Assembly: GCF_006345805.1 (NCBI RefSeq) | Contig: NW_021832100.1 | Span: 1-33,102, forward strand | Direction of reading: 5' to 3' | DNA: 33,102 bases | DNA from: Octopus sinensis | Taxonomy: Eukaryota | In this document: one piece after another, positions 10,751 through 23,347 of the stretch | Layout of the letters: every line of letters begins with the position of its first letter | How positions within the stretch are numbered: position 1 is the stretch's first letter | Notes under the pieces: generated by a model | The model's database searches: none | Told to the model about the DNA's origin: nothing | What the model saw: only the letters and a program-made list of their open reading frames with translations | Position numbers and translations under genes: made by a program

Positions 10751-11239
10751 TAATGCTAACAGTGTGACAATAGACGTTGTAAAATGGTGTCGGAGATATC
10801 ACTGCTAACAAACAACATCAACAACAGTGATGTATTACATGGACGAAGAAGAGCAATTGAGAATCTGTGTTGTTCATGTTGGAATGAAGTCGTCAAAAAC
10901 CTATCGTTTAACATCGAACAATATGATAACTGGCAACGCTCAGACCGAAGATGAAGACGACGAAGACAACAGCTGCAGACAACATCACTATTTGTTGTAA
11001 GAAAGATTCTTTCGAAAAGAGAAAAAAGAAAATGTTAAGTCTTTAAGGTTCTCTCTCCCTCTCCCTCCATCTCTTTCTCTCACCCGAAAGTACGAATTGG
11101 TGATAAACTTTGGTTTTACAATTTGCAATTACCCGGATTTAACAACTTATACGGATTACTAGTGCATCTTGTTAGCCGGGTTTGGTGTACAGGGAATGTC
11201 TACAGAGGTATTGCATTTATTCAGTCCTTTATTGTGTTC

Positions 11240-11552
11240 TGTATGTCTGTCCGTCTGTATGTCGGTCTTTATGGTAGAAGAAGGCTTGCTCTTCTTTCCG
11301 TAGAAGAAAAAATTCAAATCAGACCATGTTAATACCAAAAATAATTTACATCAAAAAGGTGCTTTTTTTCTAGGAAAATCCTTATTTTTTACGATTTTTT
11401 GACTGCTGTGTCGCCATTTCTCTGTGTATTTCAACCAGAAAATGTTCACTTAAAGAGAATAACAAGCTACATAATGCAAAATTTTTACTTTCCAAAAATT
11501 CCAATTCTAAAGGGTCGAAACAAACCCGAGCAACGCCGGGCGATACTGCTAG
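11240..11552 (+). mobile_element. Non-autonomous Helitron, 3' end
   Basis: Ends with the hairpin CCCG-agcaacgc-CGGG, then cgatactg-CTAG|T (11549-11552). The 5' boundary is not defined. Confidence 0.7.
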
Positions 11553-11599
<47 letters not shown>

Positions 11600-12469
11600 A
11601 CACATTTATATATGTATATGTATATATACAGATACATACATGGTTGCACCAACAGGGTTTCTCGCATTGTTTTGACGCGCCATTTTCCATCATTAATGAA
11701 AGTGTCGACATCTTTGACAACACGGGTATGCTAGCAGGTTTATAAGTCGTGCTTGTTGACTGGATTGTTGACTGGACTGTGTCGAGTTTATGTTATATGA
11801 ACTGTGATGTTGTATCGCATAGCGGTTGTGCAGTGTGCACGGGATGATGAATTTGAATTTGTAGAATATGTTGTGTGGAATGTGTTAAAGATTGGGCCGT
11901 GATTGTGTAGCGTACATGCTTAGAAAGTTGATGAGATCTGTTTATGGTGGTGGTGGTGGGGGGGGGGGGCAGTGTATTCTTTTTTTTTTTTTTGTTTTTT
12001 GCGTGTGTATGAACTGCAAATTTATAAGTCTTTGTATCGCTTTCAATGCTTTTGCTGGTGGCCGTTACTCGCCGTCCGAAACGCAATGAACCAGTGAATG
12101 GCACGTTCGAAATCTATAACCAGAAAACGTGATATGAAATCAAAGATACACTATTAGTAACATTATTTTTAGTGGTGCTATTTTTATTTCCATACCCAAT
12201 ACTGTTAATATCTATTTCAATATCCTTATAATTTGATAGTTTTTTTTTTTTTCACACGATATTTTAGGCAGAAGTGATTTCTATCAGAGTACATATATTT
12301 TTCATTTCTGTCCTTCGTTAAGACATCTCGGTAGTTTGGATAGACATGTTTCAGATTATCTCAGCCAAAGAATCTTTGTCGAAAGGTCAGAATCTAGTAT
12401 TATATGGTCAAATATTTCTTTGTACTAATTGTGAAGTTAATATTAGCCATTACTTTCGTTATTTTATCA

Positions 12470-12662
12470 TGTGTGTGTGTTTGCGTGCGTGCGTGTGTGT
12501 GTGAGGGTGCTGTTGTTGTTCTTGTGTGTGCGTGCGTGCGTTTGTGAGCGTGCTGTTGCTGCTGTTGTTGTTATGTGTGTTTGTGTATATGTATGTGTGT
12601 TTGTGTATGTGTGTGTTTGTGTGTGTGTGCGCGTGCGAATGTGTGTGTGTGTGTGTGTGTGT
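12470..12662. repeat. (GT)n/(GCGT)n compound microsatellite
   Basis: Direct reading. Confidence 0.9.
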
Positions 12663-13489
12663 TGATCCTGAGTAGAAGTCAGACATTCTGCTTCTATATG
12701 AAACTTTTTGAGCTATTGGTTTCCATACTAACTTACTTCCTTTCGAATCTTGCAAAAATAAGGGATAAGGAGAGATTATTTTTCCTCTTCATTTTCTCTT
12801 TCATTCGATATATTTTAGAACTCCCTTTCGATTTACCTTTTTCCTCTTATTCTGCTGGGTTTTTTTTTTTATTTGTTGTTCTTTCAGTAGTTTTTACTTT
12901 TATGTAAACTTTCACTGCGCGATGTACAGTTATGCACATCTTATTATCTGCAGTATTTTGTTTGTATTTTCTATTGTACTAAAATACTTCCTGTAATACG
13001 TGTACAGTCACTAGATGTGCTATTTTGGTATATTTGTAAATCTTGATGTTTTTGATGGTGTATTCTCTTGTTTTAGAGTTCGGTTTTGTTGTATTTTGTA
13101 ATCTATTTGTTCCACAAATGTTAGGTCTATCTTCCTGATCTATGTTCTATTTTTTTTATGTTTGGTAGGTGTTTTTTGTTAGTTTTCTTGAGTGTTTTTC
13201 TTGTATATTTTGAAGTGCTTTTTTTTTATTTCAGTTTTTTGGGTGGTGGAGGTTGTTCTTGTTTTGCGTTTTTGCTTTGTTTTTCATTTGCTTGGTTGGT
13301 TGGTTTTTTTTTTACTTTGAATATATATCATCTTAAATTAGCATGTCAGTTGGGTCTCACAAAAGATTATTTTCTTTTCTAATAATATGTGAGAAAATGT
13401 GAGTGGGGTACAGTGTGACTTTAAAACAAACAATTAGAAATATATTCCTTTCATGTTCACTATTGTAATTTGTGTTTTAGTTGCGTTAC

Positions 13490-14610
13490 TTAAGGAGCAA
13501 ACCCCAGCCTTTTATTTAGATTGTTATAACTTTCATCGAGTTTATTAGTTCATGATGATGCCAAGTTTTTCCCGTCTAATTTTTGTACTTTTTAAGAATT
13601 AGAATAAAGAACGCATTATCTGGTTAACTTTAGGCTTATAGATGAGGTATTATTTGTATTGTTTTTTTTCTTAGATGTGATAGAATCAGTTTGGTACTGA
13701 TATGAATTATACTCAGCTCATATACAAGTTTGGAATTTCTCAGTATGCTTATTAGAGGAATGAACACATTGACGAAAAGTAGTGAGGAGATCGATTCTCC
13801 CTTTAAAATATCCCCCTTCGTATTTTCATACTTCCTAATGATTCACTTCCGCATTTTAGTTCTACTTCCCACGATCTCATTGCTTTCTCTATAAAAAAAA
13901 GAGAAGAAAATGTTAATCTTCTCATTAACTCCGAGTCTCTTCAGGCATAAATTATCGAATGCTTTCTTGTAGTCTATCCAATCAACAGCTAACACTTTCC
14001 GTTTCAACTTTTTTCGACCAACAGTTTCGACTTTTTTCTGTAGGCCTTTCATACATCAAAATCATTCGCTTTCCCGACTTCCGATTTTAGCTTTGCTCTA
14101 TCACGTAACTTCAATGATTGCAATCTTTTCTTCAAGAAGCATTACTTCCAGAATTCTGTCGCGAGGAGGAGCTAGTTCTGGGCTAATGCCTTCTGGTGAC
14201 ACTCCAGTTTGGGGTACACTAAAATCTTCTACAGCGGATATTTTTACTCTGTCCGTCTCCAAGCTCTGTATATTCTCTTGTTCACAGGGTATTCCTTCTG
14301 GAACTGTTGTCCCCTGCAGTTACTTTCGCTCCGCCATTGTAATTTCCTCTCGTTCCATCTTTTCTATCCACTTCCTGATCTTAATTTGTCTGATCCGATC
14401 AGGTAATATTTTTTTTTTTCCGAAACACTAGTAACTTTTTCTTGTAGCTTCGATTTTCTGGCTCTTTCCTAATATAACATTCAATGAACAATTTTTTGTA
14501 CTCTTTTGCCCATATTAAACTACTTTATAGTTGTGGGTCAGCAGTAGCTTCATTACGACCGGCTGCGCTGCCGGACGCGACACCTTCGCTAAAACATCCA
14601 GTCTCGTAGA
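13490..14610 (-). mobile_element. R4/Dong-like LINE, internally deleted relic (N-terminus and RT pieces)
   Basis: Minus translation gives KIVH*MLY*ERARKSKLQ/ECYIRKEPENRSYKKK-like N-terminus, ILPDRIRQIK, LAVDWIDYKKAFD (RT domain 3) and GESISSLLFVNVFIPLISILRN (RT domain 4). Confidence 0.8.
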
Positions 14611-14711
14611 CGTTCTTAGGATTACATTTCATTTTAGACATTTCTCTCATGAATGGGGTGTATGTTTTAAGGTTCCACCACCTGGTAGTTATATCAGGTC
14701 ACCATCATAAA

Positions 14712-14932
14712 AAAGGAGGAGGAGGAGAGGAGGAAAGAAGAAGAAGAAGAAGAAGAAGAAAAGAAGAAGAAGAAAAAGAAGAAGAAGAAGAGAAGAAGAA
14801 GAAAAGAAGAAGAAGAAGAAGAAAGAAGCGAAAGAAAAGAAGAAGAAGAAGAAGAAGAAGAAGAAGAAGAAGAGAGCAACAACAACAACAACATGAGCAG
14901 CAACAACAACAACAGCAGCAGCAACAGTAACA
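14712..14932. repeat. (GGA)n/(GAA)n/(CAA/CAG)n trinucleotide tract
   Basis: Direct reading. The poly-R/E/Q ORF is an artefact of it. Confidence 0.95.
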
Positions 14933-15224
14933 ACAAATAGCTTCGAGTTAAATAACAATGCGGGCGTACACCAAAAATTTCTCTCCACAGAACGAATTTA
15001 ATCCAACAAAATCGATGAAATGGAAAGAAAGCTTGGCAATAAATCTGAGAGAAATGTTCTTTTAAAGCAAGTGAACTATAAAAAAATTACTGTTAGATGA
15101 AACACGGTTTCTTCCATGCATATTTCGGAGCAACACGTGCTAAAAAAAAAACGAAATCAACATGAGGAACCTCGGGATAAATTTGTTATATACACAGTAA
15201 GAACGTTAATCAATTAGTTACGTA

Positions 15225-15500
15225 CTAGCAGTACCCGTAAAAATTCCACCGTAAATACCAATTTTGTTTGGCTGGTTGGAAGTTTATATAGGACCATAAA
15301 AATAGCGTTTCTTTTGAAATTATAAAGTCTGCATGAGTTTAATTTTAAAATACTCTTCAGTTCTTCTGGATAAGGCTGTAATTGAGGGAGCATGACTTAC
15401 CCAATCTCTCTAAGAGCTTCACAATGATTACAGAGAATATTCATGTCACAAACGTTGTAACTTTCAATTATATGTTTACAGTTTTTTACGTTCTCTGTAT
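15225..15500 (-). mobile_element. Helitron deletion derivative with RepHel N-terminal remnant
   Basis: Minus 15480-15343 translates to ESYNVCDMNILCNHCEALREIG*VMLPQLQPYPEELKSIL, like the Helitron N-terminal CxxC...GKVxLPxLxxxP motif. It ends ...gggtactgCTAG|T at 15225-15228 with a decayed hairpin. Confidence 0.6.
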
Positions 15501-15569
15501 GGAAAACAGTTAATTATCGCCTCTTCACTCGAGCAACAATCAAACAATTCAGTGATAGCATCATAAAGG

Positions 15570-16390
15570 AATCTAGGCTCGACAAATGCACCAAGGTTAC
15601 ATATACCAAGAAAACACTATCAATTACATGCAGCATTACCCTATTTAGAGACACTGAATTTTTTTTTTTTTTAATTAGAGCTTCAGAGCAGTTATAAGTA
15701 TATCGGAGTATGTAAAAGACGTGAGATTAAACACTTACTAATGAGAGAAAAGCTAAGGAAGGGGTGCAACTGAAGAGTAAGATCCATTCTGAAAACTGAG
15801 CTGACTGTCAGAAACAAAATTAAGGCCATAAGCACATTGAATATGCCTGTAATCATAGACAGCTTCAATATTATAAACTGGTCCTTCTCTGAGATAAAAA
15901 AAAAAAGTTGATGTAAAAATACAAAAATTCATGACAATGTATTACATACATAACCCAAAAGCAGATACAGACTGAATATAACTCTTGAGTAAAGAAGGCA
16001 GTCAGGGGTTTATACAATCTGACTCATTGAAAATTGCAACCGTAGGACTTTCTGCCTACCTACAACAAGCAAAAAAACTAGATGTTAAAGCTGGTTCTGA
16101 AACATGGTGATACCAGAAGGTTACACTCGTGACGAACATCATAAAAATATGCCTCCAGGAAATGCAACTAGACGAGCCAGTACCCAAAGAAAATGTATCC
16201 CCAACAGACAAGGCGAAACAAATGAAACCCATAGCCAAACAAAACAGCGTCTAATATACTAGGGCGAAACGGAAGCAAAAGCCATTGCATAGCAAATATA
16301 CGAATAGAATCAGGGACCCTGATATAGATCAAGCCCTTACTCATCAATGGCTATCATGCTCCGTTCTCAAACCAAAAACTGGTAGAGTTT
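15570..16390 (+). mobile_element. R4/Dong-like LINE fragment (RT C-terminus/thumb)
   Basis: LDKCTKVT, SYKYIGV, MREKLRKGCN*RVRSILKTELTVRNKIKAISTLNMPVIIDSFNIINWS, HNPKADTD, KPLHSKY and DIDQALTHQWL are recovered. Confidence 0.85.
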
Positions 16391-16394
16391 TTAT

Positions 16395-16900
16395 TTTTAG
16401 ATTGTCAAGTTCACTGTCTGAATTTCCATGCTGATGTAATTGAAACAGTGTTTCGTTTACATCAGCATCTGGGGCAATTTCATCGAATGCTTCGCTTTTG
16501 ATATTTGACTTGCCAAGTCCTACTTTCACGGTGGAGTGATGTTTTATATCATTATTTGCATTCTTATTTGTATGACTATAAGTCTGAACACATAATTGAA
16601 TCTGTTGGATATCCAGGTCATTCAACAGCCTTTTCTTTATGATGTCTCTGAGAACATTAGATAACTTATAACCATGTTTGGACTGTTGGTAGGGTTTTTC
16701 TTACCCCATTTTAAGTATGTTTGTTTCATATTTCATCTTCCTGTTGGAAAGTACATTGCAGTATAAAAGGCTTCTTGACTGTCCTTTTTTTTTCTCAAGT
16801 CCATTTCTACCCCAGATTGGTTTGACTCCGAGAGACCCGATCCATTTTCCTTCCGGGTGTCAATTGATCCGATATTCATTTTCATAATCAGGTATTTTCG
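16395..16900 (-). mobile_element. R4/Dong-like LINE N-terminal fragment
   Basis: QEAFYTAMYFP, QTYLKWGKKNPTNSPNM and KLSNVLRDIIKKRLLNDLDIQQIQ resemble the N-terminal region of RLE LINE ORFs. Confidence 0.55.
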
Positions 16901-17159
16901 ACACACTTATATATTGTCTCTATCACCAAGGGGATGCTTTTACAGTAATCTTAATATGTGAGGTAATGAGAGGCAGAGAATCATGGCTTACCTTTCACTT
17001 TATCTCAGATTACTATCATTGTTTTTATATCCTTTTAATACATCATAATATTTCATAGCATTGTGTGAGTTTCTAGCGTCAGATTTCATGATTTAGCTAC
17101 TTAAAATGCTTTCTGCTTGATTTTTTATGATGCCGTTTGTACATAAAGTAAAAGGAGTA

Positions 17160-17472
17160 AAGACACCCTTTGGCCATGGATGACCATGAGATTGCACATA
17201 GAAAGTTCCCCTTCGAGACACAAGTCCGGACAAGGTTGTTTATGGAAAACCAGTGGTCGCTTATCCATACCAGCCTCCCCTCTCCACGCCACCGATGTTA
17301 TCCAAGGGATAGGCAAAGGCCGACACCGGTGGCGTTGCAACTTATTTCTACAACTGAGTGAGCGGGGGCAATGGGAAATAAAGTGTTTTGTTCAAGAACA
17401 CAATATACAACCCGGTCCGTGAATTGAACTCACGATCGTAAGCTCGACACTCTAACCACTAAGCTATACGCC
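17160..17472 (-). mobile_element. tRNA-derived SINE
   Basis: The minus 5' end ggcgtatagcttagtggttagagtgtcgagcttacgatcgtgagttcaattc contains A and B boxes. It is followed by the core gtgttcttgaacaaaacactttatttc and a recognisable 3' body. Confidence 0.8.
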
Positions 17473-18062
17473 ATTTGTACATATGCAGCTGTTTATTTAT
17501 GTAGCAATGCCGTGCCTATTTTATTTATGCAAATGTAGGTGGGTGCTACAAATTGTGAGTCTTGTGTTAGCAAGATATTTGTGCGATACCGATATTAAAT
17601 GTTAATAAGTACAATTCATCTGCACTATGTTATCTTCATGTTTCCAACAATTTTATGTTAATTTTTGTACTGCACCAGCAGGTACTTTTTTCTACATTTC
17701 TAAAGTGTTTCGTGATCTTGTTTCCAGATAACTTTTATGTTCATGTCCTAGACCCTCATCAATTCTCTTATCAAGTCCGGATATTTTCAAGTTCTCCTGT
17801 TTTTTAATATTACTTCCACTCTGCTTTTCTATATGTTACAGCAGAATTTGTGATATAACATGCCTCTCCCATATTAGCATATATGATAAAGTAAAATGTA
17901 GCGTTTTACAACCGTTGCTTTTCTTTTCTTCCTCTATCATGGGTATATCTCGTTTCTGTGCCTCTGTTACGTAGCTAACTTGTACAAAGGCATTTATTTC
18001 GACTAGATCTTACAATCTTCTATTTTGAAGTTTCTTTTATCTAATATCTTTTACTCGTTTTT

Positions 18063-18432
18063 GTCATTTGACAGCGGCCATGTTGGGGCACCGCCTTGTA
18101 AGGTTTTATTCGAACAAATCGACCCCAGGACTTTTTAAAGCCCACTACTTATTCTATCGATCTTTTGTGTTGAACAGTTAAGTTACGGGGACGGAATCAC
18201 ACCAACACTGGTTATCAAGCGGTGATGGGGGACAAACACAGACGCAAAGACACACACACACATACACACGATGGGTTTCTTTCAGTTTCTGTTTATCAAA
18301 TCTACTCACTAGGTTTTAGTCGGCTCAATGCAGTACTAAAAGACTCCTGCCCAAAGTATCATGTAGTGAGACTGAACTCGGAGCCATATGGCTGGAGAGC
18401 AAGCTTCTTACCACACAGCTCCGCCTGCGCCT
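18063..18432 (-). mobile_element. Full-length tRNA-derived SINE (common octopus-type family)
   Basis: The minus 5' end is aggcgcaggcggagctgtgtggtaagaagcttgct...ggctccgagttcagtc. It has an internal (CA) tract and a 3' end gcggtgccccaacatggccgctgtcaaatgac. Confidence 0.85.
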
Positions 18433-19419
18433 AGGTATAGGAAAATTTACAATCTCATTCTTTGGTTTTTTTCCCTATCACGATTAATTATGCCGATATG
18501 TCATCTTCAAATGATCAATTTCTGCAGAGAAATAGTATAGAATCGGTAACGATTGATCGTGTATCTGCACCTGCGTGCACAGGACAGGACCACATTGTTT
18601 TATTTTATTTTATTTTATTTTGTGTAAATGTGGAAAGCCGGTAGTTTCTCATGAATGTATGTCTCCCCTCATCACATCATCCATGTTTATCCAAGAGAAA
18701 TGCCACTGCCTGTAGATCGAAACAGCTTGGCACCAGCATCACCGCAAACGTTACTTGCAGAAGGCAAATGGCAGGGACAAATACTGTAATGCATATTGTC
18801 CAATGCTTTAAACCAGTTCGCCAATTCACCGCCCATGATCTGCTTTTCTTCATCGACTTTGAAACGACAACAGGCAAAGCTAACCTCAGTAAGATTTAAA
18901 ATCAGGTCACAGTCAAAGTCTGTACAAACACCGCAAAGCACAATATTTAATGCGCTAACGACTTTGCCAAATCGCAGCCTTAACATAAAACTTTTTCAAC
19001 AGTATACAAAAGATGTTTTTAACAACAGCTTCTGGTTGATACTTTTCACCATTCTTTATCTATACTGAATCCAAACTTTCTACTATCTCAATGCATTTTT
19101 GTTTATCCTGTCCCGACAATCCATAATACTTTTTTTCTTATCGTTTTAGAATCTCGTTATATCTTGTTATGACTGACAATTTATTCTTCGTTGTCAAACA
19201 TACAACATTATTTATCTGTCTTGTTTTTCTTTCCTTTTTGTCTCAACATGTTCTTCAATGGCTTTTCTTACACGATCATGTTTCTGTTTGCTTCGTTTAT
19301 CTTTCGCTTTGCAGCCAAGCCTGCATTGCATCTCTTCCACCACCTCTATATCTTCTGTTTACCTGATAAACTTATAATGTAATACTTTCGTTTCCTTCTA
19401 ATTTTCAGCGTACTCCTTT

Positions 19420-19450
19420 TGTTGTTGTTATTATTATTATTATTATCATG

Positions 19451-19534
<84 letters not shown>

Positions 19535-19545
19535 TTATTATTATT
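19420..19545. repeat. (ATT)n microsatellite
   Basis: Direct reading. Confidence 0.95.
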
Positions 19546-20199
19546 TGTAATCAACTTTATTACTTTTGTTTCAAATCAATTTCTACTTCTATAAATTCTT
19601 TCTGGCTCTAAGCATAAGGTTTGCTCGTACAGTTTTCCTTATCTGTCTCTTCAATTGCAGCTTGTACTACTATACATTATATAGTCTTCTCTTTGTATCT
19701 TCCTCGCTGGAATATGACCTTTAGACATCTCATTGCTTAGCAAACATATACGAAACTACCCATCTAAGAAACTATCGGTCTATATAGTCTTACACAAGGA
19801 GTGTAAAACTAAATTGTATCCTTTAACCACGATATCAAGGTGACTTCCAGACTTCAAATCAACAATTAACATTGGTCAAATTTTTTTATTTCAGGGTTTC
19901 TGAATCGCCAACCATATCCTGTCAACAGTCGTCTTTGTTGTGTCAACCATACGATGGGTCTCAAAGGAGAGTATATCCACTGACAGCTTTTCAGTGCTTT
20001 CAAAAATCATATACGTCCCACTCCCAATTTTCCATAACAGGTTAGGGCCTGGAATCCTCCAGACGAATGCATGACATGTTGCTTAGTCGAATTAGCCCAT
20101 CATTTACTCCACAAATGCTTAGTCGTCAATGCTGCATTTCCCCGTGCCACATGTTTCACCATAACTGTAATATATATACAAAACAAAACTATGCCATTT

Positions 20200-20231
20200 T
20201 AATCCCGAGCAATGCCGGGTATCTCTGCTAG
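20200..20231 (+). mobile_element. Helitron 3' terminus
   Basis: CCCG-agcaatgc-CGGG hairpin, then tatctctg-CTAG|T (20228-20231). Confidence 0.65.
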
Positions 20232-20235
20232 TGTA

Positions 20236-20281
<46 letters not shown>

Positions 20282-21233
20282 ATGCCTATGTGTATGTTAG
20301 TATATATGAGTGCGTGAGTGTGTTCACGCGCGTGTGTGTGTATGTTATATTATTATTATTTGCTTAGTTTTCGGTGCATTTGATTATCTGTCCGTAAAAT
20401 TATCTCTCTTGCTTCAACGGGTACCATTACTACACTATACAACTGCTTAGTCCTCTGCGTGGAAAGAGAATTATTCTCTCATCAAAACAAATTAACAATC
20501 TCTAGTAACCTCTCCTGGAAAACCTCATGTTTCATCGTAAATTTTTGTTAACCTCATACATCACTAAGACTGGGAATTCTATGCACGACCAATTGATAAC
20601 CCGTCTTTGAGCACTTACACTTTACAAAATACAGATAAACCCAACTGCTACCTACACCAACCTACCTACTTACCTACATACTATTGCCAGCACCTCCACC
20701 TCCAACTCTACCAAAACAAAAAACAACAGCCACCACCATTATTGCCCGTACGTTCTTTGCTATTACCGTTGCTGCCGTTATGTAATTCTCTAATCTATAA
20801 ATGTGGAACCTAACTGCCAAACACTGACCTTCTACAGCAGCCACTCTTCTACTGAGCCCCACCATCGCCATCACTTTGAGTCCACGAACACATCGCCTTG
20901 CAAACAGCCATACGCACGCGCGCGCACAAACATATGCACACACATACACACACACACGCACACACACAAACACACACACACTCACACATGCACACACGTG
21001 AACACGAACACAGACACAACTCTATACCAGTAAATATAAAATCTGTTTATACAAGCACAATTATTATCGCATGCATTTCTTCATGTATACATGCATATAG
21101 ATATATATAAATATATATAAAAGACCATTATTATTTATAAAGATAACAACGTTAGAGGCCGCATGCATAAAATCCGTATAGGCCAAATTAATAAACATAC
21201 ATAAAATATAGAAATATATTATATATAATAAGT

Positions 21234-21347
21234 TACTAATAAGCACCTGCTTTGCTCAAAATAGGAGTCAAAACACTCCGAAGCCACAGAAGAATCGCTA
21301 AATTAATAGGAGACTCCTATTTTGAGCAAAGCAGGTGCTTATTAGTA
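21234..21347. repeat. Perfect 36-bp inverted repeat with 42-nt spacer (MITE or hairpin)
   Basis: 21234-21269 is the exact reverse complement of 21312-21347. Degenerate AT-rich symmetry extends to about 21190-21392. Confidence 0.95.
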
Positions 21348-21501
21348 CCCTTTTATATATAAATATAGTTCTATATTCATATATATTTATAAATATATAT
21401 ACGCATAAATCTTTAAATTCTTTCAACTTCAAAGCTGCGGTCAGGTTGGGGCACCACTGTCATACATACACACAAATATATACTACATAGATATATTGCG
21501 T

Positions 21502-21558
<57 letters not shown>

Positions 21559-21687
21559 TACATATATATATATATATATGAACATTCCAAACATGTATAT
21601 ACCCCAATAAATGCTGATATAACATGTTTATATTACACAGAAGACACATGTGCGCACAATGCTCACACGCTTGTCCCATATATACAG

Positions 21688-21734
<47 letters not shown>

Positions 21735-21948
21735 TTATATAATATATATATACCGGAGTAAACACATAAATGTGAAACAAGGTGGAAAAAAAGAGTACTA
21801 AAAACCAGTGGTAGAGTAATATGCTTTTATTTAAAGCAGCAGAAAATTCAACAAAACCTGTTACTCTGAGTTTTGTTGAATGTTCTGCTTGCTTTAAATA
21901 AAGTATGTTATATATAAACATATATATATTATATATATAATATATATA

Positions 21949-21988
<40 letters not shown>

Positions 21989-22467
21989 TATATATATCTA
22001 CACACACACTGTATATATATATATACACTGTATATTCTTTTATTCTTTTACTGGTTTCAACCAGAGGCTGAGGCATGCTGTTACACCACCTCTTAGCGTT
22101 TTGTAGTCTTATTTCGGCACTGTTTTGGGTGAAGAAGTGAGTTGGACGAAGCTTCTCTTCTTTTATCGGTTGGAAATATCGAAGAAAGATATTGTTGAAC
22201 CGATTAGGAAGATGTAATGCTATAATGAGACAATCAATACTCTGTCACACAACTACACAAGTAGCAGTACTAACAGTAATGGGAAATAAACATTTACCAT
22301 AAGCAAGAAATTTTTTTCTCAGCGGCAAACTGAAGGGAAATTGCTTCTAGAACTTAAAATATGCCACAAAAATATTTGAGCTAAGTTTTTAGCTATATTT
22401 TAGTTATAATTGAGCTAATTTTTATGTATAACTCATAACTTCTTACAGCTACAACACTGTGTGTATA

Positions 22468-22554
<87 letters not shown>

Positions 22555-22579
22555 TGTAGAAAGAGAGAGAGAGAGAGAG

Positions 22580-22800
22580 GGGACGCGTGGCTTAATGTGG
22601 TGCGTTGTATTCTTGAGCAAAAACACTTCATTTCACGTTGCGCTGCGATCACTTCGACACCTGACGCGTGGTACAGCATGCACCTGTTGAGGAAACGTCG
22701 ATTTGATGGGGAGAGTGAGTTAATGTACGACACATACATTTGATCACTTTAAACAAATCATTCCTGCAGATCGTTCGACAAAGGAGGGGAGAGTCCATTA
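22580..22800 (+). mobile_element. tRNA-derived SINE with head deletion
   Basis: ggacgcgtggcttaa...cgttgtattcttgagcaaaaacacttcatttcacgttgcgctgcgatcacttcgacacc. Homologous to 31470-31700. Confidence 0.7.
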
Positions 22801-22878
22801 TATATATATATATATATAATTGAACGCCCCACCTTGAAATGAGCTCTTTGTGAATATTTATATATATATATATATATA

Positions 22879-23268
22879 CTAGCAGTATCGCCCGGCGTTG
22901 CTCGGGTTTGTAAGGGAAATAACTATACAGCATTTTTAGAGAGTTATAGCCAAAAAATAGCAAAAAAATGCATTAAAAATGGAAAAAACATGATGGTAAT
23001 TTTTTTTTTAAATTGTTGACTCATCGTAGACATTTTTAGAGAGTTACTTCCCTTTAAAAAAATATGCATGAAAATGGAAAAAATGATGGTAAATTATTTT
23101 AAAAATCGTAGACTCATCGTAGACGCGCGCTAATACCCAGAAGGGCTCGATATGAATCACGACTATAAGATACCCGGTTTTTGGTTAAACTGCACCGCAA
23201 AATGTGGGAGTAGTTAGGAATCTAAATCGGAGTAGACAGACACACAACTTCACTTTTATATATAAAGA
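22879..23268 (-). mobile_element. Complete 390-bp non-autonomous Helitron
   Basis: Canonical A|TC...CTAG|T ends: 5' TCTTTATATATAAAAG at 23268 and 3' CCCG-agcaacgc-CGGG hairpin plus CTAG at 22879. It contains an internal ~100-bp tandem duplication (about 22931-23125). Confidence 0.9.
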
Positions 23269-23269
23269 T

Positions 23270-23284
23270 ATATATATATATATG

Positions 23285-23344
<60 letters not shown>
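23270..23344. repeat. (TA)n/(GT)n microsatellite
   Basis: Direct reading. Confidence 0.95.

Positions 23345-23347
<3 letters not shown>

Larger units (their letters stand above)
17500..19750 (-). mobile_element. Very old R4/Dong-like LINE remnant, interrupted by a SINE and an unrelated segment
   Basis: Patchy minus-strand similarity, e.g. EVVEEMQCRLGCK near 19300 and RT-like pieces at 17550-17800. Heavily decayed. Confidence 0.35.

Noticed and set aside
14093-14431. 112-aa plus-strand ORF
   Set aside because: It is the antisense shadow of the minus-strand LINE N-terminus.
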